Of a DNA stretch of 64,000 bases, positions 1 to 9,198 are shown piece after piece. This DNA is from Actinomycetota bacterium (GTDB lineage: Bacteria > Actinomycetota > Actinomycetes > Actinomycetales > Microbacteriaceae): positions 2,471 through 66,470 of the forward strand of contig JBEBAN010000002.1 of assembly GCA_041158865.1 (NCBI GenBank), in the 5' to 3' direction. The notes below the pieces were generated by a model. That model did no database searches. It was not told the DNA's origin and saw nothing but the letters and a program-made list of their open reading frames with translations. The position numbers and the translations under genes were made by a program. Within the stretch, counting starts at the first letter, position 1, and each line of letters starts with the position of its first letter.

Positions 1-2204
1 TGACCGATTGGTACGGCAAAGATACCTCGAGCCTGAAATACAAGTTTGAGGGCGGTTCTGACCTATTTGAATTGAAGTTCAAGTCTGGCTCCAGTGTTTT
101 GGAAATCAAGGCATTCGGTAACTCCCGTGCTGGTGAAAAACGCAACATCAAGATTTCGGTAGTTGGCTACCCAGATACCGAGTCAGCGAACCTCGTCCTA
201 GTTGTTGGACAGCTGCCTGAAAACAAACCGGTCGCGCCGACTCTAATCTTGGGCTGTTCAACCTCGGCTGGCCAAACTGGCTGTGAGATTTCCGCATCGC
301 AGATGAACAGCACGCCCGGCGCCTACAACCCTTACGACGGTACTCCGTTGGTGTTCGCGCCATTCAACTACTCCAACGGTGACGTGAATTACGGTGCGGG
401 TTCGAACAAGTACGCCTGTGGCAAGGTGAGTATCAAAACTTCGGCCGATCGCATCTACGCCACCTGGAGCGACAAGCCTGAAGGTGCTAAGTGCATAGTT
501 CCCTACAAGGTCCTCGACCGCGAAGGGCGTGTAGGAGACGGCACCCTTGAGTTCAGCTTCGAAGGTATCCCTGGCAACGTGCGTTCGGTGACCCAGGTTG
601 GTTACACCGGCTCCAGCATCACTCTGCAGCTTGTTCCACCAACTGGTTCGTTCCCTGAAGTGACCTCCTTCGACATCGTCGATGAGCGTGGTGAAGTATC
701 CAACTGTGACATCGATGAATCCGGCGGCATAACCCGCTGCCTGATCTCGAACCTGGATGCCTACGATGGCGTAAACAAGGGGAACCTCCACACCTATTCG
801 GTGAAGGCGATCAACGCACAAGGATCATCGAAGTCTCCGCGTGTAATCAAGGACGCCTACGCCTACCGCGCACCAAAGAAGCTTTCGAAGAGCAACATCA
901 AGGCGGCTGCAGTTTATGACCCGCAGATCACCGAAAGTGCCGGTGTTGCCGAGGTGACCATCTTCCCGGTAGTCGACCCTTCGGTGGCCCGCTATGAAAT
1001 TTCCGGTGGAGTGGGTAACCCTGTGCCAAAACTCACCGCGGGTAATTTCGATTCGTTCAAGATTCGCGTTCAAGCAAAACCCGGTGTTCGCAGCAAGATC
1101 ACGGTTTCGGCTTACGGTCGCGTGGACCCTCCGGTAAAGGATTTGGTCGAGGACAACTCGGCGACCTGGATCGGTCGAGTGGTAGGTAAACCAAAGATTG
1201 AATCGATCACCGCTAAGACTGTGCGTTCCGGCCCTTCCTGGACTGGAAGCCTGACAGCGGTAAACGTCAGTCGCAACTTCAGCGACCAGTCGGTCTACGC
1301 GGTCTTCGCAATGTTCCCTGGTGGCACGGCTCCTCGCTGTGACTGGAGTAATTCGACTCACACCGATGTGACCGTAACCGGTGGTGCCGGCATAATCCTC
1401 GCGCGCGGCAGCTACACTTCCAGTGATGCGGCTCTCGAGAATTTGAAGTCACCGGCTCTGGCGAATATTCAAGAGAACACCGGATACACCCCTTACGTCT
1501 GCATTTCGAACAGTTTTGCCTACGCGACTGTCTTTGGTAAGTCGCTATCGACCCTCTCCGACCCTGCGGCAGGCGCCTTCGCTTACGACATCAGTCCAAC
1601 CCCGAACATAAACAAGAATGGCTCTGGCGTGGTGACTTCGGCCGAATGGTTGGTAAAGATCGGCAGGGAAGAAAGCAAGGCTGGCGTTACCGCATGGTTC
1701 AATGGCACCGCAGATAAGTCGGGCGCCTGGTCTCAGACCATCAAGTCGACTGCATTCGGAACGGCACCGGTGATTTGGGTGCGTTACTGTATGACCTCAG
1801 ATAACAAAACCTGTAGCCCGGGCGAACGCAAGCTGGAACCAGTTTCAACAAGTCGTTCCTGGCAGATGCGCATCACCGGAATTGAGTCACTGATTCTGGT
1901 AAACACCGATAACAAAGCCACAACAAGCCTGTGTACCCCGGGTGAAGAAATCGACTTCAAGCTCACCGGCGACGGCCTGCAAACTTCCAACGGACGTAAG
2001 CTCTGGGAAGTCGACACGGCTCCGAACTATGTGTCGCTTACTCCATCGGGCGAAGGCTCAATGGATATGGTGACCGGATGGAAATTCCCTACGAGAAAGA
2101 CCTACAAGTCGATTTCGGTGGAACTGAGGGGAAGCAGTACCAGCTCGAAGGTGAGAGGCCTTACGGGTGTAGCAAAATTTGTGTTCACTTGCGGAACACA
2201 ATAA
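1..2204 (+). CDS. Large secreted Ig-like/fibronectin type III domain protein, C-terminal part (5' end outside window)
   Basis: Frame is open from position 3 (TDWYGKD...) to TAA at 2204; beta-rich Thr/Ser/Gly sequence with FN3-like YSVKAINAQGSS; typical first gene of FN3-MoxR-DUF58-transglutaminase loci. Confidence 0.8.
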   Translation, partial: TDWYGKDTSSLKYKFEGGSDLFELKFKSGSSVLEIKAFGNSRAGEKRNIKISVVGYPDTESANLVLVVGQLPENKPVAPTLILGCSTSAGQTGCEISASQMNSTPGAYNPYDGTPLVFAPFNYSNGDVNYGAGSNKYACGKVSIKTSADRIYATWSDKPEGAKCIVPYKVLDREGRVGDGTLEFSFEGIPGNVRSVTQVGYTGSSITLQLVPPTGSFPEVTSFDIVDERGEVSNCDIDESGGITRCLISNLDAYDGVNKGNLHTYSVKAINAQGSSKSPRVIKDAYAYRAPKKLSKSNIKAAAVYDPQITESAGVAEVTIFPVVDPSVARYEISGGVGNPVPKLTAGNFDSFKIRVQAKPGVRSKITVSAYGRVDPPVKDLVEDNSATWIGRVVGKPKIESITAKTVRSGPSWTGSLTAVNVSRNFSDQSVYAVFAMFPGGTAPRCDWSNSTHTDVTVTGGAGIILARGSYTSSDAALENLKSPALANIQENTGYTPYVCISNSFAYATVFGKSLSTLSDPAAGAFAYDISPTPNINKNGSGVVTSAEWLVKIGREESKAGVTAWFNGTADKSGAWSQTIKSTAFGTAPVIWVRYCMTSDNKTCSPGERKLEPVSTSRSWQMRITGIESLILVNTDNKATTSLCTPGEEIDFKLTGDGLQTSNGRKLWEVDTAPNYVSLTPSGEGSMDMVTGWKFPTRKTYKSISVELRGSSTSSKVRGLTGVAKFVFTCGTQ

Positions 2205-2223
2205 ATAAAACAAAAGGAAAGAA

Positions 2224-3189
2224 ATGGCACTTAGCAAAAAGCAGCAGGAGGAGTTCCAGAAACTCTTCGAAGCCATTGTGGGCAACGTGGAAACGGCGTT
2301 GTTCGGCAAGCGGCACGTGGTTGAGCTCGTACTAGCCACGATGATCAGCGAGGGACACGTTCTCCTCGAGGACGTACCTGGTACCGGTAAGACCGCTCTG
2401 GCTAGAGCGATCTCGGAATCGATCGAGGCAAAGTACTCGCGTATCCAGTTCACTCCCGACCTTCTACCTACGGACATCACCGGTATTGAGGTTTACAACC
2501 AGAAGAAAGAGTCCTTTGAGTTCCAGGAGGGTCCAATCTTCGCGAACCTCGTTCTAGCCGATGAAATTAACCGTGCATCACCAAAGACCCAGTCGGCGCT
2601 GCTCGAGGCGATGGAAGAACGTCACGTGACCGTTGGTAAAGTACGCCGCGCAGCCGGTGTTCCGTTCCTCGTGGTCGCTACCCAGAACCCAATCGAACAG
2701 AGCGGAACCTACCCGCTTCCTGAAGCACAGCTGGACCGTTTCATGGTGAAAACCAGTGTTGGTTACACAGACACCGAGTCAACCGTGAACATTCTTCGCG
2801 AGACCGCACAGGTATCGAAGACCCTGAGCGCGGTCGCCAAGGGTGCAGACATTTTGAAGATGGCTGCTATGTCGCGCGAGGTAATCGCTAACGAAGCAAT
2901 TCTTCGCTACGTCGTTTCGATCATCGAGGAAACTCGCCAGGCCAAGCAGATTCGCGTCGGTTCCTCGGTTCGAGGTGCTCGTAACCTGACCAAGCTAGCC
3001 AAGACCTGGGCTCTGGCGAACGGTCGCAACTACATCACTCCAGATGATGTGAAGTACCTAGCCGGTCCGGTGCTTGCTCACCGTATCGTGCTGACTCCAG
3101 ATGCCGAATTCGATGGCGTGAAGCCTGAGCAGATTGTTGCCCAGGTGCTTGAGAACGTAACCCCACCAACCGGAAACTTCGAAGTATGA
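2224..3189 (+). CDS. moxR: MoxR-family AAA+ ATPase
   Basis: Walker A DVPGTGKT, RIQFTPDLLPTD, Walker B LADEINRASPKTQSALLEAM, ATQNPIEQ.GTYPLPEAQLDRF; RBS AAAGGA upstream. Confidence 0.96.
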   Translation: MALSKKQQEEFQKLFEAIVGNVETALFGKRHVVELVLATMISEGHVLLEDVPGTGKTALARAISESIEAKYSRIQFTPDLLPTDITGIEVYNQKKESFEFQEGPIFANLVLADEINRASPKTQSALLEAMEERHVTVGKVRRAAGVPFLVVATQNPIEQSGTYPLPEAQLDRFMVKTSVGYTDTESTVNILRETAQVSKTLSAVAKGADILKMAAMSREVIANEAILRYVVSIIEETRQAKQIRVGSSVRGARNLTKLAKTWALANGRNYITPDDVKYLAGPVLAHRIVLTPDAEFDGVKPEQIVAQVLENVTPPTGNFEV

Positions 3190-4535
3190 GTAAGAGCGAA
3201 ACGCAAGACTCCACGGCGACTATCACCCGTGGTGCTACGACCGTTACCGGTCGCGTTTCGCTTACCCTCAAGAAGTTCGGTTCGGTTACCGAAACCGCTC
3301 TCAAGTATTTAGGCCAAGCTCGCAAGTGGCTTGCCGAAACCATCACCAAAGTCGGCTGGATTGCAATCGTTTTTGCACTCCTCTGGGTTCCGCTCGGTGT
3401 CGTCCTAGATTGGCCAGAGTTCGCATTCCTCGGTGCAATTTCCACGATTATTTTGTTGGTCGCCGTTCCTTTCCTTATCGGCGGAAACAACTACCTAATC
3501 GGGTTCGAATTGCCTGATGACCACCTGGTCGCAGGGGAGCAGGCTGATGCACCGATTCAGGTCACAAACACCAGCAATCACCTGGAACTACCCGGTGTGC
3601 TTGAAGTGCAGATCGGTGAATCAATCGAAGAGTTCTCGATTCCGCTACTTCGTGCCGGAGAGACTAAGACCATCAACTATGTGGTCCCATCTCAGCGTCG
3701 TGGTGTTCTAAAGCTCGGTCCAATCACGACCGTGCGAACCGATCCGGTAGCAACCCTTCGCCGTGAGAACCGCCTCAAGGAGCAGCGAGACATTTTCGTT
3801 CATCCGCAGACCAGGCAGCTTCCTCCAACCCGCGAGGGAATTCTGCGCGACCTCGAAGGTGATCCAACCTCGAGCATTGTGGACTCGGATATGTCGTTCC
3901 ACTCGGTTCGCGAATATGTGGTCGGCGACAACCCCAAACACATCCACTGGAAGCTCACCGCTAAGTTAGGCCTAGCCGGCAAGTTCATGCTTCGTCAATA
4001 TGAAGAGAGCCGTCGTTCCAAGATGTTGGTCATGCTCGGGCTCAATCGCAACGAGTACCTTGAAGGCACCGACGAATTCGAAGTCGCCGTGAGCGCCGCT
4101 GGCTCACTCGGTTTGAGCGCGATTCGCGACGAACGCAAGATCAGTGTCATCGCCAGTGACGAGGTTCCAAAGCTAGCCCGTGGACGAATGTTCGCAATCA
4201 ACGAATTCAAGGTTCAAACGAAGAAGCGACTTCTCGAAGACCTCTGCCAGATCAATGTCAGCGATGAAGCGATGTCACTGAAGGATGTTTGCAGACTCGC
4301 GATGTCTAAGCACCCAGACGTATCGCTCGCCGTCCTAGTGGTTGGATCTTCGTTCACCCCGCGTGACATGCAGCAGGTCAAGATGACCCTGCCAAACAAT
4401 ATCGGAATCCTGTTCGTGATTGCCGATGGTCGAAACGACGCTGAACCAAAGTTCTTCGAAATGAATGGCATGAAAGTGCTAACCATCCAGGTCATCGAGG
4501 ATCTGGTCGGACTGATGGGTAGGTTCGTCCGATGA
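3186..4535 (+). CDS. DUF58 domain membrane protein (MoxR-associated)
   Basis: FHSVREYVVGDNPKHIHWKLTAK motif; two N-terminal TM segments; ATGA overlap with moxR. Confidence 0.9.
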   Translation: MSKSETQDSTATITRGATTVTGRVSLTLKKFGSVTETALKYLGQARKWLAETITKVGWIAIVFALLWVPLGVVLDWPEFAFLGAISTIILLVAVPFLIGGNNYLIGFELPDDHLVAGEQADAPIQVTNTSNHLELPGVLEVQIGESIEEFSIPLLRAGETKTINYVVPSQRRGVLKLGPITTVRTDPVATLRRENRLKEQRDIFVHPQTRQLPPTREGILRDLEGDPTSSIVDSDMSFHSVREYVVGDNPKHIHWKLTAKLGLAGKFMLRQYEESRRSKMLVMLGLNRNEYLEGTDEFEVAVSAAGSLGLSAIRDERKISVIASDEVPKLARGRMFAINEFKVQTKKRLLEDLCQINVSDEAMSLKDVCRLAMSKHPDVSLAVLVVGSSFTPRDMQQVKMTLPNNIGILFVIADGRNDAEPKFFEMNGMKVLTIQVIEDLVGLMGRFVR

Positions 4536-7123
4536 GAACTCGACTAGTCTTGGCTACTTACCTGACCGCGCTGGCTGCGCTCTCGGTCTGGTTCGTTTGG
4601 CCGATCTATCAAGACCCCTACTTGTTCGTCACCGTGGGTGTCTCGCTACTGGTCGGTCTCGGCATCGGTGCCTGGAAGTCGTTGCGCAAGGTTTCTAACC
4701 TCACCATGCTTTTGGCTACGCTGCTTTCGTTCGTGGTGCTGGCTCTGCCACTTTCCAACCCACGTGCCATGTTTGGGGGCGGCAATCTACTAAACGGACT
4801 TATCGAAGCACTAGCCGGACCAGTGCAGGCCTGGAAACAGATCGTAACCATTGAACTTCCGCTAGGTACATATCACTCGCTGCTTTCCCCGGTGCTGGTC
4901 TTGTATCTGATCTCCGGTGTGCTATTCGGTTGGCTGCTGTTTGGGCCGATTGCTCGCTACTGGTACGCCGCTGGTTCGGTGCTCGCCATCGTCATCTTTG
5001 GGATTAGCTTCGGCCTGACCGGAGTGCCTGGCGACTTTGATCTCTTTGGAGTCCGACTTCCGATTGAGACACCGCTGGTCACCGGCAGCGTCCTGTTCGT
5101 TGCTCTTGTGGTTTACCTAAACTGGGGCGCCAGAGCCGCCCGCCGCCAAACCCTGATGGTTCGCTCCGAGTCGCTCGGTACAACTGGCAACCTGGTGTTC
5201 CGCAAGTTGCGTCGTAGCCTCATGGGTGTGCTGGTTGTAACCGTTTCGGTTGCCGTGACAGTTTCTTCCATGCAGCTCATTGGAGTCTCGAGCAACCGCC
5301 AAGTGCTGCGCAGCGGCATCGAGAAGGTAAAGCACCTCCAGCACCAGACCAGCCCGCTAAGCACTTACCGCATGTACTTCACGAACTCCGGGTTGCTAAC
5401 TTCGCCGCTGCTCACGTATTCGGTGAAGGATGCACCAGACCGAATTCGAATCGCCACCATGCCTTACTACGATGGAGACACGTTCACCGTAGCGCCTAAG
5501 AAGGATGCGAACGTCGACGAAAACAGCCTGTTCTCCAGACTTCCATCTGAGCTGCCGGCATCTCAGGACGGCGCCGAACGAGTATTCAACATTCAGATCG
5601 CCACGCTCGATTCGATCTGGCTTCCAATGGTTGCCGGTGTTCGCAAGGTGAAGTTCTCGGGAGCCGGTGCGTCCAAACTGTCGGACGAACTATTCGTGAA
5701 CCGCAACACCTTCACCGCAGCGATCATCCCTGGCAACAGCAACAACGCGAACTACCAGGTCACCTATAACGAAGCTGAGGCGGTTGCCGCTAACCAGATT
5801 TTGCCATCGGCCGCGACTATCGCGCCGGAGTTCATTCCGGAACAACTAACCGCCTGGCTCGACACTCAGAAAGTTTCGATCAGCACCGGAGCAGACCTTC
5901 AAGACATCGCCAAGAAGTTGCGCGACCGCGGCTACCTAAGTCACTCGCTGACCGATCCTGCAAATTCGGAAAACACCGATACTTGGATGTCTTTGGTTGA
6001 ACTCTCTTCGTTTGAGAAGTCAACCGCCGGCCACAACCTTGCCCGCATCGACAAGATGTTCAAGGATTTACTGACCAAGGAAGAGCAGAGTTCCGGAAAA
6101 AACCTGGTTGCTGCTGCTGGAGACGACGAACAGTTCGCTACCGCGATCGCGCTGATTGCGGCTGCCAAGGGCTTCCCATCTCGCGTTGTGGTTGGTTTCC
6201 GCACGGGCCAGATCGAAGATGTGCCTGGTGTTCCTAGCTGTAGCGAAACCGGCGACACGGGTACCTGTAACGGCGCAAACCTTGCTGCGTGGGCTGAAGT
6301 TCAAGGTGCAAACGGGCAGTGGCTTGCGATCGACGCCACTCCGCAATTCGAACTACCACTGAGCCTGACCACGCCTCCTCAGGGTGACCCACAGCGTCCA
6401 ACCGATGCCGGTGAAGACGCTGGAACGGTGTTACCACCAACCAAGGCAAGCCCTTCTACTTCTGGTGAGTGTGCCAAGAACCCTAAGGCCTGTGAGCCAA
6501 AGCTGGATCCATTGCAGTGGCTTTACGACCTCTGGAATAACTTCATCCTCCCTGCGCTTGGCTACAGCACAATCGGCGGAATCTTTGTTGGCCCTTTCCT
6601 GGTCATCCTTTTGATGAAGCGTCGTCGTCGACGTGCCAGACGCGAACACGAGATTCCATTCGCCAAGGTGGTTGGCGCTTGGGAAGAGTTCGTTGACACC
6701 TCGATTGATTTCGGAGCACCAACTCCTCGCAACCTAACCAGACTCGAATACGCGCGACAGACCGGATCGACCGACGTCATCGAACTAGCCGAAATGGCAA
6801 ACATGATGGCCTTCGGTTCATCCGAAATCGAAAGTGTTGACCTCGAAGATGAAGAGTTGGACGCCTTGGTTGCCCGATCTTGGGAAATCTACGATGGCCA
6901 GCTCCAGGCGTTCAAGGCTGAATCAAAGCGATTCGCTCGAATTCGTGCCGCTTTGTCAATGAAGTCCTTTGTTCGTGCTCTAAAACCTAAGGCGCAGCTA
7001 GCCAAACTCAAGAGTGCCGCCGTGAACTTCAGTCAGGGTGCCTTGGTCTCGGATGGCTCAGCCATCCGCGGTCTCTGGGAATCGGTTCGCAAACTGGTTA
7101 CCAAACCAAAATCAGCGAAGTAG
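4532..7123 (+). CDS. Membrane transglutaminase-like domain protein with degenerate catalytic triad
   Basis: Multiple N-terminal TMs; GDDEQFATAIALIA..KGFPSRVVVGF, AWAEV, WLAIDATP; C-terminal TM followed by RRRRR; ATGA overlap. Confidence 0.88.
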   Translation: MRTRLVLATYLTALAALSVWFVWPIYQDPYLFVTVGVSLLVGLGIGAWKSLRKVSNLTMLLATLLSFVVLALPLSNPRAMFGGGNLLNGLIEALAGPVQAWKQIVTIELPLGTYHSLLSPVLVLYLISGVLFGWLLFGPIARYWYAAGSVLAIVIFGISFGLTGVPGDFDLFGVRLPIETPLVTGSVLFVALVVYLNWGARAARRQTLMVRSESLGTTGNLVFRKLRRSLMGVLVVTVSVAVTVSSMQLIGVSSNRQVLRSGIEKVKHLQHQTSPLSTYRMYFTNSGLLTSPLLTYSVKDAPDRIRIATMPYYDGDTFTVAPKKDANVDENSLFSRLPSELPASQDGAERVFNIQIATLDSIWLPMVAGVRKVKFSGAGASKLSDELFVNRNTFTAAIIPGNSNNANYQVTYNEAEAVAANQILPSAATIAPEFIPEQLTAWLDTQKVSISTGADLQDIAKKLRDRGYLSHSLTDPANSENTDTWMSLVELSSFEKSTAGHNLARIDKMFKDLLTKEEQSSGKNLVAAAGDDEQFATAIALIAAAKGFPSRVVVGFRTGQIEDVPGVPSCSETGDTGTCNGANLAAWAEVQGANGQWLAIDATPQFELPLSLTTPPQGDPQRPTDAGEDAGTVLPPTKASPSTSGECAKNPKACEPKLDPLQWLYDLWNNFILPALGYSTIGGIFVGPFLVILLMKRRRRRARREHEIPFAKVVGAWEEFVDTSIDFGAPTPRNLTRLEYARQTGSTDVIELAEMANMMAFGSSEIESVDLEDEELDALVARSWEIYDGQLQAFKAESKRFARIRAALSMKSFVRALKPKAQLAKLKSAAVNFSQGALVSDGSAIRGLWESVRKLVTKPKSAK

Positions 7124-7143
7124 CATTTCACATAGAGGTACTA

Positions 7144-7719
7144 ATGGAAAAAGAAGAGCTAGACGACAAGACAATCGTCGTTTCTCGTGGCCAAATCGAT
7201 GACGCAACCATCGTGGTTCCTCGCGAGTCGTTGGATGACGCAACGATTGTTGTAGCTCGCGACCAAGTTGATGACGGCACCATCGTGGTGAAGCGCCAGG
7301 TAGAAGATGCCACAATTTCGTTCTCTAAGCCTGTCGATGAAAACACCGTCACCGGCGCAAGCGGACCTCAAACCGTTACCAATTCTTTTGAAGAGTCGTT
7401 ACCGGTCACCCCAACCGGGACCACTGGCGCAGTAGTCGTCGAAGAGGAAGACGCCGAACTTCAGATCGAAGAGTACGTTGATCCTGAAGCGGTAATTCGC
7501 AAAACCAAGACTCAGAAGATCACCACCTCGAACATCAACCTCTCTGAACGTTCAGTTAAGCCAGTCGAAACACTTAAGCCAAAGTCTGCTCTTCATGACG
7601 CCCAAAAACTGATGAACAAGAACAAGGCACGTAGTGCCAGTAACAGCAAGATCGCCGTGATTGCCGTGTTCATCGGTGTAGCTCTGATCGGCCTAACCTT
7701 GGCGGTGCTAATCAAGTAA
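7144..7719 (+). CDS. Hypothetical protein with N-terminal tandem acidic-Thr repeats and a C-terminal TM anchor
   Basis: RBS GAGGT; 191 aa; hydrophobic C-terminus; TAATG overlap with next gene. Confidence 0.8.
   Translation: MEKEELDDKTIVVSRGQIDDATIVVPRESLDDATIVVARDQVDDGTIVVKRQVEDATISFSKPVDENTVTGASGPQTVTNSFEESLPVTPTGTTGAVVVEEEDAELQIEEYVDPEAVIRKTKTQKITTSNINLSERSVKPVETLKPKSALHDAQKLMNKNKARSASNSKIAVIAVFIGVALIGLTLAVLIK
7162..7350 (+). repeat. Intragenic tandem repeat of 33-36 bp units (five full, one partial) encoding D/E-D/E-x-T-I/V
   Basis: DDKTIVVSRGQI / DDATIVVPRESL / DDATIVVARDQV / DDGTIVVKRQV / EDATISFSKPV / DENTV. Confidence 0.9.
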
Positions 7720-8846
7720 TGACCGAACTATCTGAACTTCGCACACGACACTCATCTAAGTGGCGCCGTTATTCGGCAGAGGTACTTCCAATGCACGTTG
7801 CCGAGATGGACTTTGCCATTGCCGACGCCGTTCGTGACCGCATCGTCACGATGGCCACCAATTCCGACCTCGGCTATCTTGGCCCAGTTCCAGAACTGGG
7901 CGAGGCTTTCGCTGGCTTCGCCAAAGATCGCTGGGGCTGGAGTGTCGACACTAAGCAGTTCAAGTTGGTTACCGATGTTGGTGTAGGCGTCGTCGAATTC
8001 CTTCGAGGCAATGGTGCAGCCGGTTCCAAGGTAATCATCAACTCGCCTGTCTACCACGGCTTCTGGCACTGGCTCGAAGAGCTCGACATCGAGATCGTTG
8101 ATGTTCCGCTTCAGGAAAACTATGACCTAGACATCGAAGGAATCGAGAAGAAGTTTGCCGCTGGAGTCAAATACCTCCTGCTCTGCAACCCACAGAACCC
8201 GGTTGGCAAGGTTTTCCGCAAGGACGAATTACAAGAACTTGCCCGTGTGGCAAACAAGCACGGTGCCGTTGTAATCAGTGACGAAATCCACGCACCGCTC
8301 GTCTACAAGGAACAAGAGTTCGTTCCATACCTAGCCTGTGGCAAGGATGCCGAGGAAACCGGCGTCTGCATCACCTCGGCTAGCAAGAGCTGGAACCTAG
8401 CCGGCCTCAAGGGTGCTTTCGTGATCACCGCTAGCCCGAAAATGCTGGCGCTGGCAAACAAGCTTCCAGAGGCAGCTCACTGGCGCTCATCGATCCTGGC
8501 CGCCTTCGGTATGGTCGAAGCTTTCGAGAATGGCCGCGACTGGCTAGACGAAACCCTCGAGAAACTCGACCACAACCGCAAATTCCTAAAAGAGGAACTG
8601 GCCAGACTGCTGCCAGATGCCGAGTACGAAATCCCTAACTCCACCTACCTCGCGTGGATCAACGTTGAGAAGTGGGGTCTAGGCGAACGAACTGTGGACG
8701 AACTAATCGAACACGCAAAAGTTTCGCTAGTTCCTGGAAACGAACACGGACCCCAGTACACAAACTACGTTCGATTCAACTTCGGCACCTCGCCAGACCT
8801 AATCACCGAGGGTCTAACCAGAATCGCTAACTTCATCAACAAATGA
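7719..8846 (+). CDS. MalY/PatB-family PLP-dependent C-S lyase (cystathionine beta-lyase-like)
   Basis: SSKW..Y..VLPMHVAEMDF, LCNPQNPVG, SDEIHAPL, SASKSWNLAGLK. Confidence 0.92.
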   Translation: MTELSELRTRHSSKWRRYSAEVLPMHVAEMDFAIADAVRDRIVTMATNSDLGYLGPVPELGEAFAGFAKDRWGWSVDTKQFKLVTDVGVGVVEFLRGNGAAGSKVIINSPVYHGFWHWLEELDIEIVDVPLQENYDLDIEGIEKKFAAGVKYLLLCNPQNPVGKVFRKDELQELARVANKHGAVVISDEIHAPLVYKEQEFVPYLACGKDAEETGVCITSASKSWNLAGLKGAFVITASPKMLALANKLPEAAHWRSSILAAFGMVEAFENGRDWLDETLEKLDHNRKFLKEELARLLPDAEYEIPNSTYLAWINVEKWGLGERTVDELIEHAKVSLVPGNEHGPQYTNYVRFNFGTSPDLITEGLTRIANFINK

Positions 8847-9190
8847 AGCTCAACCTTAGCCGCCCCGTTTGGTGGTCAGCCACCGCGGTTGGCGTGCTCG
8901 GTTACCTGACCCTCTGGCCTAGGGAATACCGAATTCCCTGCCTGTTTCACGCTGCCACCGGTCTGCTCTGCCCTGGCTGCGGCACAACCCGCTCATTAAC
9001 CGCACTGCTGCACGGCGACGTAGCCACCGCGTTAGCCTTCAACCCACTGATTTACTTCATCCCAGTTTTTCTAATCGCTTATGAACTAACGAAACGTTCA
9101 AAGTATCGAACCGAGCTAAACCTGACGCTGGCGATAGTGGCCAGTGTCTCTACGTTAGGCTTCTTCTTGGTTAGAAACAATTTCATCTAG
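8843..9190 (+). CDS. DUF2752 membrane protein
   Basis: PCLFHAATGLLCPGCGTTRS...LLHGD...A..FNPL motif. Confidence 0.88.
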   Translation: MKLNLSRPVWWSATAVGVLGYLTLWPREYRIPCLFHAATGLLCPGCGTTRSLTALLHGDVATALAFNPLIYFIPVFLIAYELTKRSKYRTELNLTLAIVASVSTLGFFLVRNNFI

Positions 9191-9198
9191 GGGGATAC

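Noticed and set aside
7162-7350. 33-36 bp periodicity as a possible CRISPR array
   Set aside because: The units are degenerate, in frame and conserved at the amino-acid level; there is no repeat-spacer alternation and no cas gene nearby
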